A stretch of 64,000 nucleotides of DNA from assembly GCA_963829055.1 (NCBI GenBank), contig CAWHHI010000004.1, positions 448,001 through 512,000 on the forward strand. Reading direction: 5' to 3'. The position numbers and the translations under genes are program-made. This document shows positions 32,087 through 42,892 of the stretch, in pieces. Origin of the DNA: an uncultured Gemmatimonadaceae bacterium (GTDB lineage Bacteria; Gemmatimonadota; Gemmatimonadetes; Gemmatimonadales; Gemmatimonadaceae). The first letter of the stretch is position 1. The number at the start of each line of letters is the position of its first letter. The notes under the pieces are model-generated. The model saw only the letters and a list, made by a program, of their open reading frames with translations, ran no database searches and was not told where the DNA came from.

Positions 32087-34478
32087 TCACGTCTGCTTGC
32101 GACGTTCCACCAGGCGTTCGAGCTGCTGCTTGCCGGACCGATACTGCCACGGCCACCACTGGTCCGTGTAGCCAAGCTCCGCGGCCGCGTGCAGCGTCCA
32201 CGCGGGGTCGCTCAGGTGCGGGCGGGCGAGCGCGACGAGGTCGGCGCGGCCCGCGGCGATGATCGAGTTCACCTGATCCGGCTCGGTGACGTTGCCGACC
32301 GCGATCGTCGGGATGCGCGCCTCGTTGCGAATGCGATCGCTGAACGGCGTCTGCCACATGCGGCCGTAGACCGGCTTTGCGTCGGGCGACGTCTGGCCCG
32401 TCGAGACGTGAATGATGTCGGCGCCCGCCGCGATGAACGCGCGCGCGATGTGCACGGCGTCCTCGCCGGTGACGCCGCCCTCCACCCAGTCCGTAGCCGA
32501 GATGCGAACGGACATCGGTCGCTCCGCCGGCCAGACGGCGCGCATGGCGGCGAACACCTCGAGCGGGAAGCGGATGCGGTTCTCGAGCGAGCCGCCGTAC
32601 TCGTCGTTGCGTTGGTTGGCGAGCGGCGTGATGAAGCTCGAGAGGAGGTAGCCGTGGGCGCAGTGCAGCTCGACCATGTCGAAGCCGCAGCCGATCGCCA
32701 GCTCGGTCGAGCGCGCGAACTGCGTCGCGCACGCGTGTCCATGTCGGCGCGGGACATGTCGCGCGGCACCTGCATGGTCGGACGATGCGGGAGCGGCGAC
32801 GGGCCCATGACTTCCCAGTTGCCTTCGTCGAGCGGGATGTCGGTGCCCTCGAGACCGAGCTTCGTCGAGCCCTTGCGGCCGGAGTGTCCGAGCTGGAGGC
32901 AGATCTTCGCGGGCGAGCGCTCGTGCACGAAGTCGACGATGCGCGTCCACCCGCGCACGTGCTCGGGCGCGTACATGCCGGTGCAGCCGAACGTGATGCG
33001 CCCTTCCGGCGACACGCAGGCCATCTCGGTGAACACGAGCCCGGCGCCGCCGAGCGCTCGCGCGCCGAGGTGCACGAGATGGAAGTCGTTAGGCACGCCG
33101 TCGACGGCGCTGTAGACGTCCATCGGAGAAACGACGATCCGGTTGGGGAGCGTCGAGATCGCGTAGACGGTAGGGCGTGAACATTGGCGGCGGAGCCGCG
33201 GGAATCGGGAATGGGGAATCGGGAATCGAGGCTGCACGCTGCGCACGAGTCGCACTCGTATTCAGGTCCCCGATTCCCGATTCCCGCTTCCCGATTCCCG
33301 ACTCGCGAACCACCGCTCTACGCCCTTCGAGATACGTCCTGTCGCGCAAGCGCAGGTTCTCATGGCTCACCCGCTGGCTCCGCGTCAGCAGACTGTACGC
33401 GAACTGCTCCGGCGGCAGGTGGATGTAGCGACGCACGTTCTCGAACCACTCCATCGAGTTGCGGGCCGCGTTCTGCAGTCGCAGGGCTTCGGTGCTGCGC
33501 TCGTCCTGGTACCGCTGAGAGCGCAGGCCGTGCAGCGCGCCGTCGTCGTAGGCTCCGGCGCGGCTCGTTCAGCACACGTGACAGCGCGATCGCGTCCTCC
33601 ATCGCCAGCTTCGTTCCCGAGCCGATCGAGAAGTGCGCCGTGTGCGCCGCGTCGCCGATCAGCACGACGTTGTCGTGGAACCACGACGCGTTGCGCACGA
33701 TCGGGAAGTTGAGCCACTGCGAGCCACGGAGGTGGCGCATGTTCGTGAGCAGGCGGATGGCCGTCGAGCCACGGCGCGAACATGCGCTCGCACGTCGCGA
33801 TCGATCTCGTCGGTGTTCATCCGGTCGAAGCCGGCGCTCGACCACGAGCGCTCGTCGCACTCGACGATGAACGCGGACTGTGTGCTCGTCGAATCGGTAC
33901 GCGTGCGCCTGGAAGACGCCGCACTCGTTCTCCACGAACGCGAACGTGAACGCGTCGAACAGGCGCGTGGTGCCGAGCCAGAATGTACTTCGCGTGGCGA
34001 ACATCGATCTCGGGCCGGAAGTGCTCGGCGAATCGCTTCCGGATGCCGCTGTTCACGCCGTCCGCGGCGACGAGCAGGTCGTACTCGCCGAGGTCCCACG
34101 GCGGCGACGTCGGCGGAGTACTCGGTGCGGAAGCGGACGTCGACGCCGAGCTCGATCGCGCGTCGCGCGAGGATCTGCGAGCAGCGTGCGCCGCGCGATG
34201 CCGCTGAAGCCGTGGCCACCCGACGTGATCGTCACGCCCTGCACGTGCACGTCGATGTCGTCCCAGTGCGCGAAGTGATCCGTGATCGCCTGGTACGTCT
34301 CGGGGTCGGCGTCGCGAAAGTTCTCCATCGTCTGATCGGAGAACACGACGCCCCAGCCGAACGTGTCGTCGGCGGCGTTGCGCTCGATCAGCGTGACGTC
34401 GTGCGCCGCGTTCGCCTTCTTCATGAGAAGGGCGAAGTACAGGCCAGCCGGCCCTCCGCCGATGACGACGACCTTCAC
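32087..34478 (-). CDS. abmA: Anthraniloyl-CoA monooxygenase/reductase (bifunctional salicylyl-CoA 5-hydroxylase family; frameshifted)
   Basis: [71 protein letters not shown]-like domain [21 protein letters not shown]. Confidence 0.9.
33200..33302. repeat. (GGGAATC)n ... (GATTCCC)n element in the abmA interdomain linker
   Basis: Four units per arm; translated [13 protein letters not shown]...IPDSPFPIP. Confidence 0.88.
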
Positions 34479-34714
34479 GCAACCTCGCAGGGGAGGGAGG
34501 GGAGATGGAATGGCGTGCTTCCGGTCGCATTCTAGCCGGGGGAGCCGGCCGGGCAAGGAGGGCACGCGCGCGAGCAGCTCGTCCCGTTCGGCTCGCCCCG
34601 GCGACGGCCGCGCTGTAGTGTGGAGTAGATCACGCTTCGTGTTGGCGTCGGGCGATGTGCACGATCGCGTGCGCTGTGCGTCTTATATGGAGTCGCTGCT
34701 CGCCTCAGGTCTCC

Positions 34715-35383
34715 ATGAATCGCCTGCTCTATCTCGCTGGATTCGCCTACATCGCGTTGTGCGCGACGCTGGTCGTGCGCGCGGTTCGCGATCGCCGAGC
34801 CGCCTCCGGCGCTGTGGTCGCGGTGGCTCACACGCCAACTCCCGCGCCGCCGGCGCCGTCGGACCGGCACGTCAGGCGAGCAGTGGTTCGCGGCGATGAA
34901 GCCGTACTGCAACCCGGTCGAGGTCGACGTGCGGACGCGCTATACACCGCCGCCGGCACGGCAGCGAGGGTGCCGGCTATTCCGCCGCGTGCTTCGCCCT
35001 CGCCGGAAAGATCGAGCGCGCTCGGACGATCATCGACGACATGGCCGCCGGCGACCGCGGCGCCGCGGCGAACGTCCTGTTCAACGTCGCCCATCCCGTG
35101 GCCGACGCCGGCGACGATCGCGCATCCGGACCGATGATGGAGCTCGTGCTCGACTACTGGCCGAACAACTACATGGCGCTCTATCACGCCGGCATGTCGG
35201 AGTACTCGCTCGGGCAGACCGCGCTCGCGGACAAGCACCTGCGCGGATTTCTGTCGATGTACACGCGAAGCGGACGGGTTCACCGGCGCCGCGAAAGCGC
35301 GCTGGCGAAGATCGAGGCTGGCACCGCGCCCGCGCCGGACGTGAAGCCTAACGCGGAGCGGGAACCGCACGGCCCGGCCGTGA
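34715..35383 (+). CDS. Hypothetical membrane-anchored helical (TPR-like) protein (frameshifted)
   Basis: N-terminal TM MNRLLYLAGFAYIALC; MELVLDYWPNNYMALYHAGMSEYSLG. Confidence 0.55.
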
Positions 35384-37220
35384 GCGGCAGCTACCTCTCG
35401 GCCGGTTCGCTGTTCGCCGGCCGATTCGAGATCGGCCGCGAGCTGGGCCGCGGCGGCGTGTCGGTCGTGTACGCGGCCCGTGACCGAACGGTCGGGCAGG
35501 ACGTCGCGCTCAAGCTGCTCGTGCCGTCGCCCGCCACTGCCAACCAGACGCGCGAACGCATGCGCCGCGAGGTGCACGCGGTGCGCGGCCTCGTGCACCC
35601 GAACATCGTGGCCGTGTACGACTTCGTCGAGGACGGCGCGTACGGCGCCGTCATCATGGAGCTCGTGGACGGCGAGGATCTCGATCGTCGCGTCCGGCGA
35701 CGGCGGGCCGCTCCCATCCGAGGATGTCGCACGCCTCGGTACCGAGGTCGCCGGCGCGCTTGGCGCCGCGCATCGACGCGGGTGTGCTGCACCGCGACGT
35801 GAAGCCGCAGAACATCCTGCTCGACCGCGACGGTCGCGCGCGGCTCGCGGACTTCGGCTCTGCGCGAATGGACGGCGATGCCACCATCACGCGCACCGGC
35901 GGCATGGTCGGAACGCTGGCGTACATGGCACCGGAGACGGTCGCGGGCCGCCGCGGCGACGCCCGCGCGGATGTCTTCGCGTTAGGCATGACGCTGTTCT
36001 ACGCGGCGGCCGGGCGTCTCCCCGATCGGCCGTCGCCACACCTGCCGCTTCCTCCGTCGGCGTCCGGCTACACGCCGATCGCGCTCGGCACCGACGTGCC
36101 CACGTGGCTGTCACATGTCATCGCTCGGGCGACGTCGCGCGGACCCGGCCGACCGCTATCCCACGCCGACGGCGCTCGCCGACGCGCTCACGAATCGCGA
36201 TGCGCGCGCCGCGGCAGCGCTGGCCACGCTGTCACGAGGCCGGTGCGTGCTCTGCGGTGGCCTCGACGTGCTCGGGGCCGGCGTGTGTCCGGCGTGCGCG
36301 AGCGCGTCGCAGGTGACGGAGACGCTCGTGTTTCTGGAGCGTCCGCGGAGCGCGTTCGAGCGTGACGCAGCTACTCGAAGCCACGGCCACGCTGCTCGGT
36401 AAGGACGTCCAGCCTGAGATGCTGGCGTGGTCGCGACTGGTGAGCGGCCGCTCATGACGCGCACCACGCGCGGCCGAGCGAGAACGTGCTTCGCTTGTTA
36501 GGCGAGCGCGGGCTCCGCGCGCGAACGCTCTCGGATCGCGATGTGTGGCGCGCGCTGCCGCCGGCGTACGTCCTGATGGTGGGCGGCGTCGTCCTGTCGG
36601 GCATCGTCGGGGGCCTGATTGCCGACAATGCGTTGCTTCGCCGCCGCCGGTCCGGTTGCGCGCTGGTGCTGCTGGTGGCGGCGCGTTGTCGATTCGACGG
36701 CCGATCCTGATCGCGGACCGGCGCCCGTCCGCATTCTCGGACCGGACGCGTGCGCGAGTCGTGGAGACGTTCGCCGCCATGCCCGCCGGGCGCGGCGCGT
36801 TCGCTCCTCGCGGACGTCGTCCGGCGAGGCCAGGCGGTGCGTCGCGCGCTTGCGTTAGGCAGGACTGCGTCAGGCACTGGCGAGACGGTCGATGACCTCG
36901 TGGACGCGGCGTGCGCGTCGGCACGCGACCTTGCGGCGCTCGACGCGAGCCTCGCGCAGTTCGACGCGCGAGCGGGACCGCGACGATGGCGACCCGAAGT
37001 GGCTGGACAGCCTCGTCGAGTGCGAGCGGACGCGCGACGGCGTGGTGCAGCGTCTGCTCGATGCCGTGACGGTGCTGGGTCAGCTCGACATGCAGGCGAT
37101 TCGCGGCACCGACGAGTACAACGGCCCGGCTCGGCGAGCTCGTCGCCGAGATTGGTGAGCGAGGTCAAGGCGCGCTCGGCGGCGCGGGAGGAGATGGAGA
37201 TCCTGTTGGACAGGCCTTAG
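35380..37220 (+). CDS. Hanks-type Ser/Thr protein kinase with CxxC pair and TM region (frameshifted)
   Basis: LGRGGVSVVY, VALKLL, HPNIV, HRDVKPQNILL, ADFG, GTLAYMAPE; CVLC...CPAC. Confidence 0.88.
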
Positions 37221-37249
37221 GAGCGGAGGCTTGGGCAAGGAGGCAGCAG

Positions 37250-37355
37250 TGTCATCCCGAGCGGCAGCGAGGGACCTTGCGTGCGAACGCGTAGCCGAAC
37301 TGGCTACGATGTCATCACGCAGGTCCCTCGTCGCTCAGCGCTCCTCGGGATGACA
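37250..37355. repeat. TGTCATCCCGAG element (copy 4)
   Basis: tgtcatcccgagcggcagcgagggacct ... aggtccctcg...ctcgggatgaca between convergent genes. Confidence 0.9.
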
Positions 37356-37362
37356 CCCAGCG

Positions 37363-37798
37363 TCAGTCCGTTTTGCGGTTGTACGGCACGATGTTCTCCC
37401 ACTCGGACGCGTCCGAGCGCGCGACGACCGCGATGACCGGCTCCGTGTCGCTCATGTTGAACACTTCGTGCGGGCACGCCCGGCTCGATGAAAATGAAAT
37501 CGCCCGCCTCGTTCTCCACCGATCTTCCGCAGCCCCGGGCCGTACTCGTGGCGCACGCGCCCCTGGAGGATGTAGAGCATCACCTCGAAGTCGACGTGGA
37601 TGTGCGCGTACGCCACGCCGCCAGGCGGAATCGTCGCGACGTTCATGGAGAGCTTCGTCGCCCCGACGTTCTTCGCCGACAGGCCAGCGCGGTAGCGAAT
37701 GCCATTCCAGCCGCGCAGCGCACCACCACCGCGGATGACGGAAATGCCCTCTCCGCCTTCGACGAATTGCTTCAGATCAAGTCCGTCTCGGTAGCCAT
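37363..37798 (-). CDS. Cupin-domain protein (frameshifted)
   Basis: MNVATIPPGGVAYAHIHVDFE, EAGDFIFIEPGVPH. Confidence 0.8.
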
Positions 37799-37856
37799 GG
37801 CGTTGGCCCTCCCCACGTTAGGCGTGCCGCTGTCCGGTGCGTCGCTCATACTTCGC

Positions 37857-38637
37857 TCACGGCGCGATCGCGATGACGCGCAGCGGACTTCCGCTTCCGT
37901 TCACGATCTTGAGCGGTGCGGCGATGACCACCGCCCCCGTCGCTGGAAGCTGGTCCAGATTGCACAGGCTCGCCAGACCGAACTTGCCGGCGCCGTGCAT
38001 CGTCGTGTGGTTGGGGAACGGCGGGTCGAATCGTCCGGCCTGACCCGCGTCGGTGCCGATCGTCTCCACGCCGACGCCGAGGACGTCCCGGTCGTGCGCG
38101 AGCAACTTCGACGTGTCCGTGGTGGAAGCCGGGCGCGTGCGGCCCGTCCTCGGCGACGTTCAGGAATTCAGCCGCCGTCTTTCGCTTGCTCCAGCCGGTA
38201 CGCAGCAGCACCCACGCATTCCGTCGGCACGCGGCCATGCTCGCGCTCCCACCGCTCGAGATCCTGTGGCGTGAGCAGATAGTCCGGGTTGGCCTCGACC
38301 TCGCGCGTGACGTCGATGACGCACGCCGGCCCGACGAAGCGGCGCGGCCGGGATCGTGTCGCAGGCGTTGTTAGGCAGGTCCTTGCCCGTCACCCAGTGC
38401 ACCGGCGCGTCGAAGTGCGTGCCGGTGTGCTCGCCCATGTGGATCGTGTTCCAGTACCAGGCAGGCCCTTTGTCGTCGTAACGCGAGATGACGTCGATCG
38501 TCACGCCGGGCGACGGCCGCGAAGATCGGCGGCAGCCCGATCACCGGCGTGTCAGGCCCGAGCGGCTGCGTGAGGTCGATGATGCGGAGTCGGCCGGCAT
38601 CGAGCTCGGCGACGAGTTGCTGCAGGATGGTGGACAT
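37857..38637 (-). CDS. Cyclase-family amidohydrolase, isatin-hydrolase-like (frameshifted)
   Basis: GEHTGTHFDAPVHWVTGKD, ISRYDDKGPAWYWN, IGTDAGQAG..DPPFPNH, FGLASLCNLDQLPATGA, APLKI..GSGSPLR. Confidence 0.85.
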
Positions 38638-39230
38638 CAGGTGGCGGGTGACGAGGAACGGGATGCGGCTGCCTTCTTGAGCCAGCGCTGGAACTCGAAT
38701 CGGTTCTCGAGCAGCGCGAGGTCGGTCACGAAGCCGGCCGGGCCCTTGGCCTCGACCTTCGCGACGATCGTCGTCAACTCCTGCGCGGCGAGCGCCGCGT
38801 CGAACGCGGCGACGAACTCGTCGAGCGTACGAACGGTGACGGTGCGCGGAATGCCGGCCGCGGCGGCCATGCCCGCGATGTCGCTGCCGGTGGACGTCGC
38901 CGTCGGAAATCCGCCCACGGACAGCAGGCTCTCGTTGTCGAACACGACGTGCACGAGATTGCGCGGGCGATAGCGCGCGAGCGTCGTTAGGCCGCCGAGG
39001 TTCATGAGGATGGACCCGTCACCGTCGAAGACGACGACCGAGAGCTCCGGCCGCGTGAGCGCGACGCCGAGCCCCATGGACGACGCGAGTCCCATGGCGT
39101 GCTGCAGGTAGAAGAAGTTCGGCCGGTGCCCGATGGCCTGCAGCTCGGCCGCGACCGCGCCCATGATCGTGATGACCACGCGGTCGGTGAGCTGCTCGTA
39201 GACCGATTTCAGCGCGTCGAGTCGGAGCAT
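38637..39230 (-). CDS. ThDP-dependent decarboxylase beta subunit (ComE/phosphonopyruvate decarboxylase-like)
   Basis: MGLASSMGLG, FDGDGSILMNLG...VVFDN ThDP motif. Confidence 0.85.
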   Translation of the reverse strand: MLRLDALKSVYEQLTDRVVITIMGAVAAELQAIGHRPNFFYLQHAMGLASSMGLGVALTRPELSVVVFDGDGSILMNLGGLTTLARYRPRNLVHVVFDNESLLSVGGFPTATSTGSDIAGMAAAAGIPRTVTVRTLDEFVAAFDAALAAQELTTIVAKVEAKGPAGFVTDLALLENRFEFQRWLKKAAASRSSSPAT

Positions 39231-39244
39231 CGATGCGGGTCTCG

Positions 39245-39340
39245 GGGAATCGGGAATCGGGAATGGGGACTCGCGACTCGGTCGCTGGATGGCGTCGATG
39301 TCGGTTCCGCCGATTCCCGATTCCCGATTCCCGATTCCCG
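39245..39340. repeat. (GGGAATC)n ... (GATTCCC)n element between decarboxylase subunit genes
   Basis: gggaatcgggaatcgggaatggggact ... cgattcccgattcccgattcccgattcccg. Confidence 0.88.
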
Positions 39341-39342
39341 CA

Positions 39343-39915
39343 TCATTCTTCCCACATCAGATCGCGACACAGCAGCAAGGCTACCGGCTTGTTCGACGAG
39401 TACGCGAGCGTCTGCGCTTTGCGGATGCGATGCGCGACGTGACCGGGCGCATCGAGATACGCGAACGGAATGCGCAGCGCCTGCAGCACGTGCTCGGTGA
39501 CGCCACCACCCTCGGTCTGCCACGGGTCGCGCTCGCCGAACTCGCCGCGATGACTGATCAGCATCAGCAGCGGAATGCGGTAGAGCTGCGCGCACGAGAC
39601 GATCCCGTTCACCGACGCGAGAAAGCCGTGGTTCTGCATGAGCATCGCGGACTTCGTCCCGGCGAGGTGCGCGCCCGCCGAGATGCCGACGCCTTCCTCC
39701 TCTTTCGCGAGGCGCACCAGCACCATCTCCGGATCCTCCTCGGCCATCCGGATGAGATGCACGAGCCACGTCTCCGGCAGCGCCGAGACGAGACCGATGC
39801 CGCACTCCTTCAGCGCGTCGTAGATGAGACGGGAGCTGTCGACGGAGACGGGCAAGGTGAGAGCTGCGCTGGTTGCTGGGTGGTCGTGCTTGTTGCTGGG
39901 TGACGCTGGGTGCAT
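39343..39915 (-). CDS. ThDP-dependent decarboxylase alpha subunit (ComD-like)
   Basis: IYDALKECGI, KEEEGVGISAGAHLAG, MLMQNHG, IPLLMLISHRG. Confidence 0.85.
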   Translation of the reverse strand: MHPASPSNKHDHPATSAALTLPVSVDSSRLIYDALKECGIGLVSALPETWLVHLIRMAEEDPEMVLVRLAKEEEGVGISAGAHLAGTKSAMLMQNHGFLASVNGIVSCAQLYRIPLLMLISHRGEFGERDPWQTEGGGVTEHVLQALRIPFAYLDAPGHVAHRIRKAQTLAYSSNKPVALLLCRDLMWEE

Positions 39916-40100
39916 GCGTCCCACCGTGTGCGTCTAGCTCATAGCCAATACGCCACCGCGCGTCCAGACCGGCGAGAGAACACGAAGCCGTCGGATACGG
40001 GCCTGATGCCTGACACTCGTACTGAGTGACTGACGCACTGGAACTGGCCATGCCGCCGCCGGATGCCCAGCCCTGTACACGCATCGCAGCACGCAGCAGT

Positions 40101-41479
40101 CTACGGCGCCCCAACCCGATGAAGGACGTCGGTCAGTAGCCACCACACGCCCACGAGCAGCAGTGCGCCGGGGATGACCCACCGAATCCACAAGTACAGC
40201 CAGTTCGGCACCGGTCGCTCGCCGCCCGCCGAGAGCGCCTGAATGGCGTCGCTCCGCTTCATTGCCCAGCCGACCGTCACCGCCGCCACCAGCGCGCCGA
40301 GCGTCTGCATGCCCGAGCCGAATGTCAGGTCCCACGGTACGAAGATCTGGTTGTTGATCATCGGCGGGATCGCGATGAGGAACGCGACGATCGCGACGAG
40401 CCACACGACGGTTCGTCTCGACAGTCGCGTGTTGTCGGTCAGCGCGGCGACGAGCACCTCGAACGCCGCGAGGCCCGACAGGTATCCTGCGCCGAGCAGG
40501 CTGACGAAGAACAGCAGGCCGAACAGCCATCCAGCTGGAATGGCCGCAAACACCTTCGGCAGCGTCGCGAAGATGAGCCCGGGTCCGCTGTTCGGCTCGA
40601 GGCCGAGCGAGAACACCGCGGGGAAGATCGCGAACCCGGCGAGCAGCCCGGAGAACGTGTCGCCGAACGCCGTCCACCACGCGTTCGCCGTGAGGTTGTC
40701 CTTGCTCGGTGAGGTACGAGCCGTACACGACCATGAACGTGCCGCCGAGCGAGAGCGAGAACACGGCGTGGCCGATGGCGGCGATCATCACGCGCGGCGT
40801 GAGGTCGGCCACCTGGAACTTGAGGATGTACCACTCGACGCCCGCCCAGGCGTTAGGCAGCGTCATCGCGCGGGCGATGAGGATGACGAGAATGACGCAC
40901 AGCAGCGGGATGACGATCCGCGCCGCGCGCTCGATCCCCCGGCGCAGCCCGCGCAGCAGGATGAACGCACACGAGAGCGTCACCGCCGCCGTGCAGCCCA
41001 TCTGCAGCACGCAGCGACTTGGCGGAGACTCCCGTGTCGGGCGGCAGCACCGCGGACGCATCGAACCCGACGTGCACGGCGCGAGCGATCTCGCCCAGGG
41101 CGTAGTAGACGACCCAGCCGATCACGTTGATGTAGTAGCCGGTCGCCGCCACGACGATGACGAAGAAGAACCACCCGACCGCCTTTCCCGCGGGCAGCCC
41201 TGCGCGCTCGAACGCACCCACCGTGCCGCGCCGCGTGTACCTGCCTAACGCCGTCTCCGCCATGAGCCCCGGCACACCGATCACCAGCACGACCAGTACG
41301 TAGAACAGGACGAACGCCGCGCCGCCGAAGCGGCCGACCATGTACGGGAATCGCCAGACGTTGCCGAGCCCGAGCGCGAAGCCGATCATCGTGATGATCG
41401 CGCCGAACCGCGACGCGAACGTCTCGCGCGCGCCGCCCGCGTCCGTGAGGCCGGAGATCGTTGTCGTCGTGTCGGTCAT
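40101..41479 (-). CDS. Sodium-dependent transporter, SNF/NSS family (frameshifted)
   Basis: RETFASRFG, GFALGLGNVWRFPY..G.FGGAAF, FSLSLG, GPGLIFATLP. Confidence 0.9.
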
Positions 41480-42654
41480 TCGCGGTCCGACGGCGTCGTG
41501 CAGCACCGACGCGAGCGTGTCGAGCGCCTGATCGACGTCGTCGAGCGTCGAATAGAAGTGCGGCGACAAGCCGGATCACGCTCCCGCGCGCGGACGGGAT
41601 GATGCCGCGCGCGCGCATCCGCCGCTCCACCGTCGCGGAATCGGCGCCGACCCAGAACGCCGTCGTCGGCGCCTTGCCCTCCGGCGTTGGGCGTGCCGTG
41701 CAGCACGAGCCCACGCGCCGCACCACCAGTCACCAGTCGCTCCGACAACACGCGCGTCCACTCTGCCACGTCGCGCGGGGCCGACTTCGTGAATGATCTC
41801 GAGCCCCGCGCGCGCGATGTACGCGTTGATGATGGGCGGCGTCCCGCCGTCGAAGCGGCGCGCGCCGGGCGCCCAGTCGAGCGCCGTCGCGTCGAACGCG
41901 AACGGATTCACGCGACCGAACCAGCCGGTCACCGTCGGGCGAAGCTGCTCGGCCAGATCACGCCGCACGTAGAGGAACGCGATGCCCGCGCATGCCATGA
42001 GGTACTTGAGCGTGCCGCCGGCGAGCGCATCGACGCCCAGCGCTTTCACGTCGATCGGTTCGGTGCCGAGCGTCTGGTAGGCGTCGACGAACGTGAGCGC
42101 GCCGCGTGCTCGTGCGATGCGCGCGACGGCGCCGATGTCGTGCTTGAAGCCGTTCACGAAGTACGCGTGACACGCGGAGACGACGCGCGTTCGGTCGTCG
42201 ATCCTCGCTTCGTACTCGCTCGCGTCGATCGTCCCGTCGTTCGACAGCGGCACCCAGTGCACCTCCGCGCCGCGTGACTGCTGCGCGAGCCACACGTGAC
42301 CGACGGTCGGGAACTCAGCGGCGCTCGCGAGCACGCGGTTCGCGCGGTCGGGTCGAACCGCAGCGCGCTGGCCAGCGCACTCACCGCCTGCGACACGGAG
42401 CTCGTCACGGCGACTTCATCGACGTGCGCGTTGATCAGCCGAGCGAACGACTGCCGCGCTCGCTCGACCTCGGCGACCCACGCGTCCCAGTCCATGCCGT
42501 CGCGCCCCCACGAGTCGAGGTACGCGTCGGCCGCCGCTCGCGTCGCGTCAGTCTGCGGCGCCTGCGAGCAGTTGTTCATCGGGATCGCGTGCGCGAGCAA
42601 CGGAATGCGCGAGCGCCAACGGGCGAGGTCGTACGCGGGCGTTGGTGATGTCAC
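41476..42654 (-). CDS. Class V PLP enzyme, kynureninase-like (frameshifted)
   Basis: EFPTV, VDAYQTLG, GGTLKYL, AFLYVR, TGWFG, RRFDGGTPP, SPHFYST. Confidence 0.75.
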
Positions 42655-42892
42655 GTCGGAGATGTCACGTCGAGGAATCCGCGTCTGGTGGTGCTCGGAG
42701 TAGTCGCCGCGTTGTGGCGATGCGAGGGCTGGTCGCGAGCCGCGCAACGTTGCAGCACGCGCTGGCGGGAGGGAAGCCCGTTGCAGCCGTTGCCACTTGG
42801 CCGCCTCGGCGACTGACACTAGCTTCGCGGGCCTGAACGGCCCGCTCGTCGATTCGCGACTGGCGGTGCCAGCACCTCGACCCAACTTCCGA

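Noticed and set aside
38637..39915. Coenzyme M or phosphonate biosynthesis
   Set aside because: No comABC or PEP mutase in the window; context is aromatic catabolism.
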